Shown here piece by piece: positions 13,739-27,997 of a DNA stretch of 64,000 nt. Every line of letters starts with the position of its first letter. The stretch's first letter is position 1. A model generated the notes under the pieces. That model was not told the origin of the DNA. It saw only the letters and a program-made list of their open reading frames with translations, and searched no databases. The position numbers were made by a program, and so were the translations under genes. Source of the stretch: Octopus sinensis (taxonomy: Eukaryota); NCBI RefSeq assembly GCF_006345805.1, contig NC_042997.1:161262001-161326000 (forward strand). The letters are read 5' to 3'.

Positions 13739-13889
13739 CAGACATACATACATACATACATACACACAAAAACACCCTATTATTGATGTTGAACTTCCAG
13801 TGCAGAAGCCTTGGATCCAGGTTAGAAACCGGCTCTTTCTCTATTGACAAGAAATCTGGAAATAAAACTGAAAAATGACATAACACATA

Positions 13890-14405
<516 letters not shown>

Positions 14406-14446
14406 ACCACCACCATATATATGTATATATATATGTATGTATGTAT

Positions 14447-14728
14447 ATCACGTGACCGACCAGACCATCAGATATTGCTACACATCGCTGGTTACAATGC
14501 GTTCGCATTGTTTTAGCCTTCGAATGACGCCACCCCGCTGGCTAAGCGAGCAGGCCAACAGACGAAAGAGTGAGAGAAAGAGTGGTGAAAGAGTACAGCA
14601 GGGATCACCACCCCCTGCTGGAGCCTCGTGGAGCTTTTAGGTGTTTTCGCTTAATAAACACTCACAACGCCCGTTCTGGGAATCGAAACCGCGATCCTAC
14701 GACCGCGAGTCCGCTGCCCTAACCACTG
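14447..14728 (-). mobile_element. tRNA-derived SINE, family D
   Basis: Minus strand reads GGTTAGGGCAGCGGACTCGCGG...GGTTTCGATTCCC. The head matches 36831-36960 and the tail matches 57005-57120. Confidence 0.8.
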
Positions 14729-14744
14729 TATATATGTATGTATA

Positions 14745-14900
14745 TAAGGCGGGCATCTTTAAAGTTTTGGTTACCAAACCCATTCACATGGTTTTGGTAG
14801 GCCCGAGGTTATAGTAGAAGACACTCGCCGAAGGTGTCACGCAGTGGGATTGACTGAACTCGGAACCACAGGATTGATGGAAAACGTCTTACCACGCAGC
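14745..14900 (+). mobile_element. Degenerate SINE family B 5' fragment
   Basis: ACCAAACCCATTCACATGGTT...AGTAGAAGACACT resembles the family B head. Confidence 0.45.
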
Positions 14901-15389
14901 GAAGATATATCTATTTAAAATACTATTCAGATTTCTTGTTCCTATGGTGAATGAAACTTGTATATATACTCGGTCGATTTTATTTAGTTCAATTCATAAT
15001 GAAAACAATTTGGCACGAATTCCAAGTTCCCTACATGGCCGTATAAACAACGTCTAAATAGGAATGAAGTTTTTAAAAATCCATTAAACCGAAGTATAAG
15101 AAGACGCTATAGGAATTTTATGAAAATATCCATTGAACAGCTGCGGAAGATGAAATTCTATGAAAAATTTCTTTGCTAAATTCCGTATGAAAATGTCATG
15201 GGGGAATTCCATTGAATGGAGAGATGCTAAAAGAATCACGGATAAAATTGTTTTAATACCAATATATCTATTCTATATATTGAAGATATAAATGTCATAT
15301 TTTTGGAAGCTGATTACTGGTCTAGAAGGAATTGTGATGCGCTTGCATACAAGCATGTGCCCTCTTGCATACGCGCATACTCGAGAATA

Positions 15390-15431
<42 letters not shown>

Positions 15432-15501
15432 TACGCATACATAAACATATATATTTTTTATGTGTATATATATGTATTTGTGTGTGCGTGTGTGTGTATA
15501 C

Positions 15502-15595
15502 ACACGGGGTGTTGAAAAGTTCCTGGCTTTAAGAGTATTGCAAAAGGCCTGACTGGAGGCCTGTTTGGAGGCCTAGTTGGAGGTCCAACCTTCCT
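15502..15595 (+). mobile_element. Mariner-like terminal fragment
   Basis: CACGGGGTGTTGAAAAGTTCCTGG resembles a mariner TIR after a TA-rich run. No second end found. Confidence 0.4.
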
Positions 15596-15775
15596 AGGAA
15601 GGTAGGTAGGTAGGTAGATAGATAGGTAGGGAGGGAGGGAGGTAGGGAGGGAGGGATGTAGGTAGGTAGGTAGGTAGGTAGGTAGGTAGGTAGGTAGATA
15701 GGTAGGTAGGTAGGTAGGTAGGTAGGTAGGTAGGTAGGTAGGTAGGTAGGTAGGTAGGTAGTAGGTAGGTAGGTA
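15596..15775. repeat. (TAGG)n/(GAGG)n microsatellite
   Basis: Direct reading. Confidence 0.95.
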
Positions 15776-16436
15776 TTTCCTTTTTTAAATTTTATTTTGC
15801 ATGAATTTTCATCTGAAACTGCGTGATGAAAGTAATATTGGTAATTTAAAAGATGTTAAATCATTAAAGATTTTGAACTTACACACTATATTTCTTTTAC
15901 ACTCCTACAATCAAAATTCACCATAATATCTCTATGATCTTCTCAGTAAGTATATATTTTCAAATAGTTTAGAATTCTAAATTTCTTCCATCGTATCCTT
16001 GTATTACTGTTGTGTAGAGTTGCCTTTAAGGCAGCGTTATTACACCAGATCTTTCAATTCATTGTGTGTGTGAGGTCAGCATCTGCTTTTCGTATTTGAA
16101 CAATGATCCAAGCCAGTCTTAGTGTAGTTTCTTCTGTGTATTTGGACAGAATTTTAACTTCGACACTTTTATTTATTCTACTGTAATTCTCTACGGCATG
16201 CTAGTAGAATATAGGTGTTTGTTTATTTACTTTTTTATTCACATCTTGCATCCTGTTACTGAAATTTGGGCGTTTCTATCATGTAGGTTTTGGTAATCTC
16301 CTTAAATTGTACTTATTTGCATCTCATGCTTACCTGGAATTAGAAGCTGTAATTCCAGTTGTCCTTCGATATTACACCCAGAAGTAAGCTATCTAAGATA
16401 GAAAAGCACGTCATTACACTACTCTTAAAATCACCG

Positions 16437-16555
16437 ACATCATCATCATCCTCATTTAATGTATGTTGTCCATGCTGGCATGTGTTAGACTGTTCGACCA
16501 GGGCTGATAAGCCGAGGGGCTGTTCCAGACTCCAGTCTGATTTGGCATGGTCAGA
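16437..16555 (-). mobile_element. 3' end of an RTE-type LINE/SINE with (GAT)n tail
   Basis: Minus strand ends CCAGCATGGACAACATACATTAAATGAGGATGATGATGATG. The RTE assignment is from recall of this tail type. Confidence 0.45.
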
Positions 16556-17885
16556 CTAGGTTAAGAACCATTATTATATGCTTGTACGTGAAAATGTTTT
16601 GTGAGCGTTGAAATTATTGTAAAAGTATTAAGAACAAGCCAACTTGTACCTATCCAGATGCTACTACATAGGTCATACCCATTTAAGAAAACATCATCCA
16701 TGACAGTAGCTGCTCAGTGCGCACAGACAAACCACTTTCATTGTGGAGCGACAATTTCAAAGGAAAATTACTAAGCATGTGTGTGTATCTGGGTAAGTAA
16801 CTTTATTTACACGTGCAGGATAGATTGGCTGAGTCACTAGAAGGTTGGTATTTGTTCCGACTCTTTGCATTATGAGATTAAGTCCCACTTAAAATCAGCT
16901 TTTCATTTCATTCTTCTGAGTTCGATAAGGTAGCTCTCAAGGTCTAGAGTCGACTATTTCCCTTGTTTACACTGCTGATCTTATTCATGGGTCATGAACA
17001 ATTATCATACGCTTGTATGTGAAAATAATTCGTGAGTGTTAAAGTTATAGTAGAAGTGTTAAGAACAAGCCATCAAATCACTACCTGATTCCTGGCATAT
17101 ATATTCCCTACCACCTCTATATTATATGTCATTGCATGTATATTTCTGTGTGTGTGTGCGTATGTGTGTATACATACACGTATGCTTATGTGCGTGTGTG
17201 TGGGTGGATGCGTCTGTTAAAGAAAAAGAATAAGTAAAATTGTCTTTGGAGGGTTTAGATATCCCTTGAGAAAGAATAGTGAAAACTAGAAAAAAGAATC
17301 ACTGAACTGTGACATAGTGAGATCCCAAGAAAAATGCCTAATAGAGAGGAATATTTGGCATGCGGAATCTCGCTCTCTCTCTCTCTCTCCTTCTCTCTTT
17401 CTCTCTCTCCCTCTATCTCTATGTATCTCTCCTGTCTCTTGCTCTCCCGCTCTCTTTCTCACACACTCACACACACTCACACGCACACACACTCACACAA
17501 GTACCAACGCACCACATGCATACATGCACATCACACATACATATAAATATTTCGTGCTTGTATTTATTTTGGTAGATTCTTGATGTGAAATGGTGTTTTG
17601 AAGCAAATATGGCATATTGGAAGCCTGGGTAATTTAGCCAATAAAAACAAACGTACTGATTCTATTTTACCTCTATTTATAGTAATTAGTCAACTAAGGA
17701 TCTAATTAACGGGTACTTGACAAATCGATTTATTAATTAATTATAATTAATTAGCTGTTTTGTCAGTGTCCTTACGGCGTCATCCGTGGCCATATCAACG
17801 TCTGCTCCATGTTTTATTTTGGCTTTTGCTTCTGGTACTCACAAATTTTAATGATCATAGGGGTGTCTATTTACTTCTGCTGTAC

Positions 17886-17934
<49 letters not shown>

Positions 17935-17961
17935 TATATATATATGCAGACTTCTGCTCTC

Positions 17962-18014
<53 letters not shown>

Positions 18015-18294
18015 ACCGTCCGAAGGCAAATGGGCTAAGACAGTCTTTCAGCATCCATTCAAGTATTTGGACTCACGTGGACTGGTTTCTGGACTGGCAT
18101 AATAAGTCTAACTTTTCTCAGCACGAGTTACCGTGACAGAGAGCCCGAACCCGTCGTGTCGAAGTCTGCGCTACAACTGATTGGATTTGCGAACAGGTAG
18201 CAGAGTCACGTTTCTCTACCTGAAAGACCTTGCTGCATGCAATCAAGCAATATGCATGGCACTTACAGAAACGCAACTAACATCTAATATAGCA

Positions 18295-18768
18295 GTTTTT
18301 CTTCTAGCGCAGGTGTTGATGAATGGTTGAGTGACGAAATCCAAGCTTCTCTGCTAGTTACCTAAGAGTTACGTAGGGGGTTTGTTCCACCAGGGTAAGC
18401 AGGACGTCTTCGTCGAGCTCTACAGATCTTCCAGGACAATGCTTGTGTTCTAGGTTGTAGTTCCCGGCTCAGAATTTCTGGAACCACTGTCGACACTGGC
18501 ATACGCTTATTGCCCGATCCCCATATCCTGCATTAATATTCTTTGCACTTTCCGTTGCGTTGTTGCCTTTATTGAACTCATAAAGCAAAATATACCAACT
18601 ATGCTCCTTTGTCACTTCCATTATAGCTTTGAAAAAATAACTTTTAAACTCGAGCTGCACTCTTCGAAGCTTGCACTAAGAATAAGGACAAGGTAAAATT
18701 GCTACCTGCTTTTATAGTAAGTTGATGCCGGTAATTTATCCCGTCCCCCTCCGTATTATGGGATGACC
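18295..18768 (-). mobile_element. Mariner left end plus N-terminal transposase fragment
   Basis: TIR-like TCGGGTCATCCCATAA, then MEVTKEHSWYILLYEFNKGNNATESAKNIN...WFQKF*AGNYNLEHKHCPGRSVELDEDVLLTLVE...LAEKLGFRHSTIHQHL (mariner paired-like HTH region). Confidence 0.8.
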
Positions 18769-19328
18769 CGATGTGTGTGTGTGTGAATTCAGGATTCAAG
18801 TGAATCAGGTTCTTAAATACATGAAGAACAAATACGTACTTACTAAAGTAAGCACGTATTTATACTCAGGTTGTATGTACAATCGCAAACGCCCTCCTGA
18901 ATTTTCATCGTCTCAAGGCTACAAGTGTACAAACACTGTACCCATTGAACTGCATTCAATAGACTCCAGATTCACGCGAATTGCAGGTGCTAAGTAAGGT
19001 GAATAATAAATAACAACATATGGAATGTGATTCACTGCAGCTGTTTCAAATGTGCTTTTATATTGAATAGAATAATTACATGATGCAAAAAAAAAAATGT
19101 TTTCATTAGATGAATGAATATATGTAAGAGTTAAACATTTCAAAACCTTTGAATGCCATGGCCTTTCGCTTTGGAATTGGGGAGGTTTTGAAATATTTAA
19201 TTCTTACGCATATTTTCCAAATGAAAACTGTTTTTTCTTTTCGCATAATGTAATAATTCTATTCGTCTATAAAAAAACACGTATGAAACAGCTGTTGTGA
19301 ACCACAATCCATCTCTGGTTATTTGTTA

Positions 19329-19330
19329 AT

Positions 19331-19414
<84 letters not shown>

Positions 19415-19423
19415 GTAAGTAGG

Positions 19424-19507
<84 letters not shown>

Positions 19508-19625
19508 CAGACAGATAGATAGATAGGTAGGTAGGTAGGTAGGTAGGTAGATAGATAGATAGATGGATAAAGAGAGAGAGAGACAGAGAGAGAGATAGAC
19601 GTACATACATACATGCATACATACA
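19329..19625. repeat. Compound (ATAG)n/(GTAG)n/(AG)n/(ACAT)n microsatellite
   Basis: Direct reading. Confidence 0.95.
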
Positions 19626-20029
19626 TGTATTATTTGTGTAGGGACATGCAACATTTTATCCCTCACATCATATATTGTAATTCCTCAAATCACTCTTATT
19701 AGATTCGGAGATTTTCATGTGATTATTGGGCATTGTGCTCATGAAGCTCAGAGCAACCCAAAGTAACAAGTAACTTCCGGAATATGCACCGCTTTTCGCT
19801 CATAAAGATCCTGTTTTAGTGATTGTGAATTGATAGCTCAAGTAGTGTGCTTACATTCTGTCTCGAGGCTATCGTTAAATAGTTTGAAAGCCATAAACAT
19901 TAAAAAAATATGAACTTGATTAAGTGGAAACGGTCGAAATTAGATCAGGTATCGATGAACTGCCTATAAATACCCTACTTAGTAACGAATGTGCAAGAAA
20001 GGGCTAATCTTGTGTAAGTTAATGTTGGT

Positions 20030-20705
20030 TCATATTTTGGGCCAGGGCCAACAATTTCAGGAATGTGGGTAAGTGGATTACATCGACCCCAGTGCTCAAC
20101 TGGTACTTATTTTGTCGTCCTCGGAAGGATGAACGGTAAAGTCGACTTCGGTGGAATTTGAATTCAGCATGTAAAGACGGACGAAATGCCGCTAAGCATT
20201 TATCCCTGTGTGCAAACGATTCTGCCAGTTCACCGCTTTCATTTGTAGGTAAATATCGATTTCAAATTTTGGAATATGGTCAGCAAATTTGAGGGAGGAG
20301 TAAGTTGATTATATCGACCTAAGAGCTCGACTGGTACTTAATTTATTCTCCAGCCGAGGTCGACTTTGCCTTTCATCCTTTAGGGGTCGATAACGTAAGT
20401 ACCAGTTAATCCCTAGAGCTGATGTTATCGACTCACCCCTTCCCCCGAAATTCATAACCTTGTACCAAAGTATGAAATCAATACTAACATCGTTCTAAGG
20501 TGGTAAACCGGAAGAATCACTGGCATACCTGGTAAAATTCTTAGCGGCATTTCGTACGTCTTAACGTTCTAAATTCAAATCACACCAAGACTGACTTTGT
20601 CTTTCATCCCCTTGTGGTCGATAAAATAAGTACACTGGGTTCAATGTAATCGACTTACGCTGTGTCCAAAATTGCTGGTTTTGTGCCAAAATTTAAAACC
20701 AATGT
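20030..20705. mobile_element. Cluster of four SINE family A copies or fragments (two -, two +)
   Basis: The GCCTTTCATCC...GGTCGATAA..TAAGTACCAGT motif or its reverse complement occurs at about 20090-20150 (-), 20310-20345 (-), 20355-20410 (+) and 20590-20660 (+). Confidence 0.75.
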
Positions 20706-21667
20706 TAATATCGTTCATAATGTAAGCTGAACTTAAAACTCATGAATACACAGTATTGATACCAACTTACATTTCCTTACGAATGTAACCAAAGACTTCC
20801 ATTATACCTGAACATTTATTTCTGATAAATTTATTCAAGTTTCATAAGAGCATGATTTTAAAATTTTGATATATATTCCCTGTTTTTATATTTTTTGATA
20901 TCATGTTTGTAGGATGATTAGACTTAAAATCAAATGCTAGATTAAAACCACATGTTACGCAGCATCAAGCATAACAATAAAACACTATCAAATAATTTAT
21001 TTCGTTTGCAACTGTGAAACTTTACAATATTTCTGTGGTCATGTTAAAAACTACTTTATAATGAAGATATTTTATACAGTAAGTAAAAAGTTAAAACTCT
21101 GATCAAAAGATGTTAGATTAATATCCCATCATACCAAAACCAAAGATACAAATCACGTGAAGAATCAGTTATTGTTTGTATCTCAGTTGGATTCATTCAC
21201 GTATAATCATTAAATACATAATTGGTAGCAATCTATAGTCTTGCTATAAAGTGGGGTGTGTTTCTTTAGCGACAATATGTCGGGATACATTACAGTTTGA
21301 AGTATTAGTTACACAACTAACCTTCAGTTAGTTATTGTTAATCGTAGTTTATTTGTCTCAGGCTAGTGCTAACTGAACACGTAGATTGTCAACCAAATAG
21401 CCTGGTCAAATCCACAACTTCATAGGCTGGAATATATCATAATCTGCTCCCTCAAATTGAAAAATCATACTGTGCATTCTAATAGTATATGACACACTTC
21501 CTTCTATATCTGATAAGAGCTGGCGTGAGTAGTATGGGTTCTGAAGAGCAGAGAAGCTATCCTTCTGTAGTAATTATTGGCGCTGTGTATTTCAACACTG
21601 AGTTCGCGTAACATGTTATTAATACTTCTACTATTTTTTGTATGCGTCCATATACATATATATATAT

Positions 21668-22554
21668 ATTCAAAAATTTCCCATACTAGTCATGTAGCGT
21701 GCCGACAGATGACAGCACACGGTTGCGTGCGCAGTGAGAGCTAGCATGACCTTCATGAGACAGTGCTCCGAGTGACACTGCTATGTTTACTTCGCAAGTG
21801 GTGAAATTCGTGTTTTTGTGATCATGTACATGATGTAGCCTGCGATTTTTGTTATGGACAGGCAGTTAGAGCCAACGCGAATTTTTTAGTTAAACTTGGG
21901 AAGTCTGCCCTAGTGATATTGAACGTGCTTCAACAAACTTACGGCGATGCAGCAGTCGTCACAATGGAAGAACCCTTCATCTCAACGAAGGCATGACAAA
22001 GCCGCAGCTCAATCAAGACCATGATCATCGTTATTTTTTTTCAACATTCGCGGTATTGTGCATAGAAAATTCATCCCCTAGTGCCAAAACCTCAATCGAG
22101 TATTCTACTGCGACATTTTGAAGCGTGTGAGGGGGGACATTCGGCGAAAGTAACCGGACCTGTGGAGCACGAAGAATTGGATTTTTCGCGACGACAATGC
22201 ACCCTGTAACCGAGCTCTCTTCACTCATGCGTTTCTCGCCAAAAACTACATGGTATCTCTCCTGCACCCGCCCTATTCGCCAGATTTAGTAACTGTGGAC
22301 TTCCATCTCTTTTCCAAGATGAAAATACAGCTCAAAAGTCACCGCTTTAATACTGTTGTCGATATCGTAGAAGGTTTTCGACTTGCTTACAACAAATGGC
22401 TTTCAGGCCGGATTCCAAAAGTGACAGGAACAATGGGACCGGTGTATTGCTGCGTAAGGTGATTATTTTGAAGGAGATCATGTTAAAACTTAAGTAATTA
22501 AGTTATTTTTTATTAAGCCTAATGAGTCTGGAAACCTTTTGATACAACCTGGTG
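21668..22554 (+). mobile_element. Internally deleted mariner (DD34D-type) element
   Basis: Transposase remnants GIVHRKF, DDNAP (22189-22203), PPYSPDL (22268-22288) and YFEG. Both ends are shared with the MITE at 5064-5263; TA-rich flanks. Confidence 0.85.
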
Positions 22555-22555
22555 T

Positions 22556-22598
<43 letters not shown>

Positions 22599-22698
22599 CA
22601 TATATATATACATATATACGTACAAATAATTATATATAGTCTATGGATTATTAAATTACAAGTTATTATAGTCCATTGTTTGTATTATAGTGCATTGT

Positions 22699-22729
<31 letters not shown>

Positions 22730-24068
22730 ATGTATATCGATTTATATATATAATTGTCTATGTATCGATATACGTGTGTTTGTGTGTCTATGTGTGTGTC
22801 TGTGTGTCTGTGTGTGTATGTGTGTGCATGTGTCTGTGTGAGTGTCTCTGTTCTCTTGTAACTTTCACTTTCACATCTCCGTCTTGTCACACATATTACA
22901 TCTTGTCACACATATTACATCTGACGGCAGTCCCAGCATCACTTCTCCCATTCCTTCCTATCTCCCCGGAAATCCATCCTACACAAGTTTTTCCTGCATC
23001 TGTCAGCTTTAAGCTTCTAATGAACCATGCGAAAATTATAGGCAAACCTCCTCGTAGAAACCAAACGAATGCGAAAACAGTTTTTATTAAATATATGTTT
23101 TTCTGAAATTTGCAGATATATATAATTGTCCATTTGGAGAGAGTAGAAAGAACATTTTTCAAATTGCTTTTTTGCGATTATCTCAGTTCTATAAATATAT
23201 ATTAATTCAACCGCAATACTATAAGACAAGTGATTTATTGAAATTAAATTAAAATTTGCTGCGAATTAATTATAAAACAATATACTGCATTTGGAAACTG
23301 AATAGAGAGAATAGCTCTAAAAGATTGAACTAACAACGATAAGAATCATAACAATTATGTAACTGAGATTATTAAGAACAACGAAAGTTCTTCAATCATC
23401 GTTGCTTTTGTTTTGATACCTTTTAGAGCTATCAAGGATTACATTATATCTAAGACATTCTGCCAAATTTTGAGGAATTAGGGTGTAGTTTGAAGGAGGT
23501 TTGTTGCTATTTCTAGTAGGTTGAGCAACCGTGTAATGATTGACTTGAGTATTATAAGATCATATCACATAGAGTTCAAAAGTCCAGCTAAGAGTGCTGA
23601 ATGTGTCTTTAGAACTATTTGCGATAGAATACTTGAACAGAGAATGAAGTTTGCAGAACACTAAAACGTATTTTAAGCAGATTGTTGGACGTGCTTGAAG
23701 TGTGCTAAATGTTTGAGTATCTTTCTTGGCAATATTTGGTTAAATCATAACATGATTTAACTCACATTAAATAACTTCTAACTTCGATCGTACAATTATC
23801 ATTGAATATATGTGGGCGCTAGTTTGTTAGGTTTCTACATAACTTGTCACTTTATAGCAAGAGAAAGAGAAATCAGAAAATTGGTATAAATGTTAGAGAG
23901 CTGTTTTAAAAGTTTTTCATTGGTTTGCGTTCCAGATATTTACGTTCCGACTAATTATCATCGAAATCCATAACTAAAATACTATCCAAGTACAGGGAGC
24001 AATTTCGAGAGAAGCGGTCCTCCCTCTCTCAAAATTTAAGGTCTTGAGCTTCAATAGTTCCCCCCTCT

Positions 24069-24135
<67 letters not shown>

Positions 24136-25252
24136 TTACCGAAATCTCAAAATTCTACTTGATTGATAAAATGCAGGATTTTAGTTCTTAATCGATTTAG
24201 TCGTTTACACATTTACTCTGCACTTTTATTGCCATGCGGCAATGTAAGAAATAAATATTTTCACAAAAACTTAGATGGCTTGAAGGAAGTGGTAATTCTC
24301 CTGTGATCTAATTCAACGATATGGTTTTTATTATTAACTGACGTTAGTTCCTTTGATCTAAGAAAAGAACAGACATCAAGGTTTCTGTTTTACCCTTTTA
24401 TCTTTTTAGATTCAGATAAAAAAAATAATAAATCTCTTGCAGAGTTTTACGTCAATATAATAAATGCCAGTCTATGATCCAGCTTTAATTTCACTATTCT
24501 TTTCCAAACTGTCTTCTGACAAACCAACTTGAGAGCCCCTACCTGGTTATTCTGTCTGTTACAAACAGCAGTCAAGTCATATTTAAATCACTGCTACCTT
24601 CTTATAATAAAAAGTAATGCATTGAATAATGTTATTCTAGATACACTTGTTTGACAAAAGCATAAAGTAGTACTATGGCATCGAATGGAGTGGACACATT
24701 CATGGTTGGGAGGTTAAGAAGTGAGATCTTGAGTTCAGGCCCACTGCTTGGAATCGTGGGTAAGGGAATTTACCTAAGCTTCGTTTCCGCTCAGGTCTTG
24801 TGGGTGAATCTGGACAGTTAGAAGGACTATTCTAGCAATTCAAAGTTCCGCCTCGTCACGCTTTTGTCACATTGTTTCTAGCCGAGAACACATTAAAGAT
24901 ACGCATATTTACGGAGTTCTTTGGCACTTCGCAATCTAATTCAATTAAATGATCAAACAACTGGACGCTCAAACGTCGATTTCTAAGTGATGTCAATATA
25001 AATTTGATGGAGCAGAGTTGTTCTAATCTACAATAACAAAACCTTGGTCGTTAGAATGACAACCATTTCACTCTAGTTGCTTTCTAAGTCCAAAGCCCGT
25101 TTTAGTCTAACAAAAATAGATGGTAATCATAAGACTGTTGTGTTGTAATTTACGGATTAAATGAAAGTTTGCTGTAAATCGAATCCATAGTTGCACTTTA
25201 CTTTTACAGGAAGGTGCTTCAATCGTAACCATGTTTTAATATAGATATACTT

Positions 25253-26789
25253 TCAAACATGCTGTGATTCTTGCCTTTTTAAGAAACACATAATAACTAA
25301 ATAATTGAACGCCTGAAGAGTAGCAACTGTAAAACTCATAATTATAGCGACATGAGAAGTGTATCGCTTTTAGCAGCAATTATAGCAAAATTAAGAGCCA
25401 TTTCTGATGAGAGAAATAATTATAAAACGTAACACGAAAAATAATTTATATACTGTTAAGAAGAAAACACGCAAGAAAACTCCTAAATTAATTGTTTATT
25501 AAAATGAATTTGAATATTAAAATAAAATAAAAACACTAAAAAGTACTTAGTGGTTAATATTTTTTGTATAAGTTTTAATATTTTGAGGTTATATTTTACG
25601 TGTTATACAATTATAGATAAAATGACTTCGTAACCACGTACATTCAGGTTCATTTCCACTTAATAGCAGCTTGGACCAAGGCTTCCTCATAACTTAGGTT
25701 TTACTAAAGTTTTAAGATTGTAATTTAGTCAACGGAAATTGAACAAAAGCTTGCTTTGTATATATATTTGTGTGTGTGTGCGTGTGAATATATGACTTAG
25801 ATATGTATATAATATGACACAGACAGATATGTTTTGTTGAGTCTTTCTGTTTATGTTCAATTGTAAATCTTGAAATCCTGATGTAGCATCGCTAATATGC
25901 AGTTCTCTGTGTTATTTATACATGTGAGTTTCTTTCATTTAGTTGATGGCTTGTATTTCATTTCCTAGTTTCCTTCAAAGACAAATCCTAGCACTTAGTC
26001 CTGTTTTACCTTTAAGGTATAACCATTTCCTACTGCTGCTTTACCTTTAGGGTATATCTGTTTTATGTACATTCATTTCAGTAGATAAATAATCCAGCAA
26101 TTTGCACAACTCTTCTCTATTAAAATTATGTAGTATACGCATTAAATATTAGCTAATAACTCATTTTCTATGCTGATATTTAAACAGAATTTAAATATAT
26201 TTTGTTGAATTAAACTGTATTTACATGTAATTAGATTCGCTTTGAGACAAACATTACGAAATAGATTTAGTTAAGAATCTTTTGTTCAATTGTGATTCAA
26301 AAATCACATTAATATGTTGATAAATAAAGAAACGTCAGACCAGTCTAAATTCACGATTATTTCAGAGTTAAACAGAAAAATACAAGCGTGCATTTTGGTT
26401 AGAAATATAGTAACGAAAGAGTTTTCTTGTTCGTCAAATGAAGTGTGCTACTGCCTACCCTATTTACTGTTTTCCTTCTGAATAGCGTCTCAGGATGATT
26501 TTCTCCAGCCATTATGAAAATTACATCAACACTACATATCTCTAGCAACTACAACTGTGCAAAAAAGAATGATCTTAATCAGGCCACATACACATATTGG
26601 AATACGATTTTACGTTTTATAATTATTTCTCTCATCAGAAATGGCTTTTAATTTTGCTGTAATTGCTGCTAAAAGCGATACACTTCTCATGTTACTATAA
26701 TTATGAGTTTTCCAGTTGCCACTCTTCGAACGTTCAATTATATAGTTATTATGTGTTTCTTAAAAAGGCAAGAAGCACAGCATGTTTGA
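25253..26789. repeat. ~1.5 kb unit bounded by 180-bp inverted repeats
   Basis: 25253-25432 is the reverse complement of 26610-26789, with about 11 mismatches counted by eye. Confidence 0.85.
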
Positions 26790-27454
26790 TGTTCTTTTAT
26801 TGGTTTCACTTAGACAGCATTTTATTCGATCATAGCAACGGCAGGGGTTTATTTCAAATTGCTATTTATTTTATCGAACTATATTTATGGAATCGTCATG
26901 TTACGCTTTGGCATTAGCGATGCTAAAAACAACTGAAAAAAAAGTTTTTAAATTCTTATCAGGTGCATATACACTCTTTCTATTTTTTTTCAATGCCATC
27001 GGGACTGGTGTCAGAATTGTTTTACTTTCGGAACCACAGTTATTTGATACTTAATCGCACAAGTGGTTTTTATGTTTGCCATAAATTTCCTTGCATTTTT
27101 CTATGCCTTCTTTCGAAAATACTTCGAATTCAAGCTCGCTGTTTGACAACACGGGGAAACCACGTGTTTCCACAAATGTACTAACGTGAATTTTGTTGAA
27201 TTTCTCATTAAGATAGGAATAGATCATTTCGGGCGGTTTCCGACGGTTAGGTAACCACCGCTGCATCAAAAGGAAATACAACAGATCACTTAAATCTCTT
27301 CAGCATATCTATATTTGATTTTTGCACTACTACATGTTCGAGATCATGCACTGATGAAAATACACTATAGGCACCACTACACTCATACATGCATACATAC
27401 ATACATACATACATACATACATACATACATACATACATACATACATACATACAT

Positions 27455-27496
<42 letters not shown>

Positions 27497-27558
27497 ACAC
27501 ACACATACACATACATACACACATATAGTCATAGTCATACATTCAATTTATTATCTCC

Positions 27559-27965
27559 GTAGGCGCAGGAGTAACTGTGTGGTAAGTAGCTTGCTAACCA
27601 ACCACATGGTTCCGGGTTCAGTCCCACTGTGTGGCATCTTGGGCAAGTGTCTTCTGCTATAGCCCCGGGCCGACCAATGCCTTGTGAGTGGATTTGGTAG
27701 ACGGAAACTGAAAGAAGCCTGTCGTATATATATATATATGTGTATGTGTATGTGTTTGTGTGTCTGTGTTTGTCCCTCTAGCATTGCTTGACAACCGATG
27801 CTGATGTGTTTACGTCCCCGTCACTTAGCGGTTCGGCAAAAGAGACTGATAGAATAAGTACTGGGCTTACAAAGAATAAGTCCCGGGGTCGATTTGCTCG
27901 ACTAAAGGCGGTGCTCCAGCATGGCCGCAGTTAAATGACTGAAACAAGTAAAAGAGTAAAAGAGT
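27559..27965 (+). mobile_element. Complete SINE family B
   Basis: A-box-like TAACTGTGTGG, B-box-like GGTTCAGTCCC, CORE-like CTTGGGCAAGTGTCTTC, central TA/TG run and (GTAAAAGA)n tail. Confidence 0.85.
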
Positions 27966-27997
27966 ACTACTCATTCTTGATGAAGAATTTGGAGATT

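Noticed and set aside
25404-25416. CTGATGAGAGAAA (also in the inverted copy near 26626-26638) as a hammerhead core
   Set aside because: Only 2 nt lie between CUGAUGA and GAAA, and no stem III or GUH follows.
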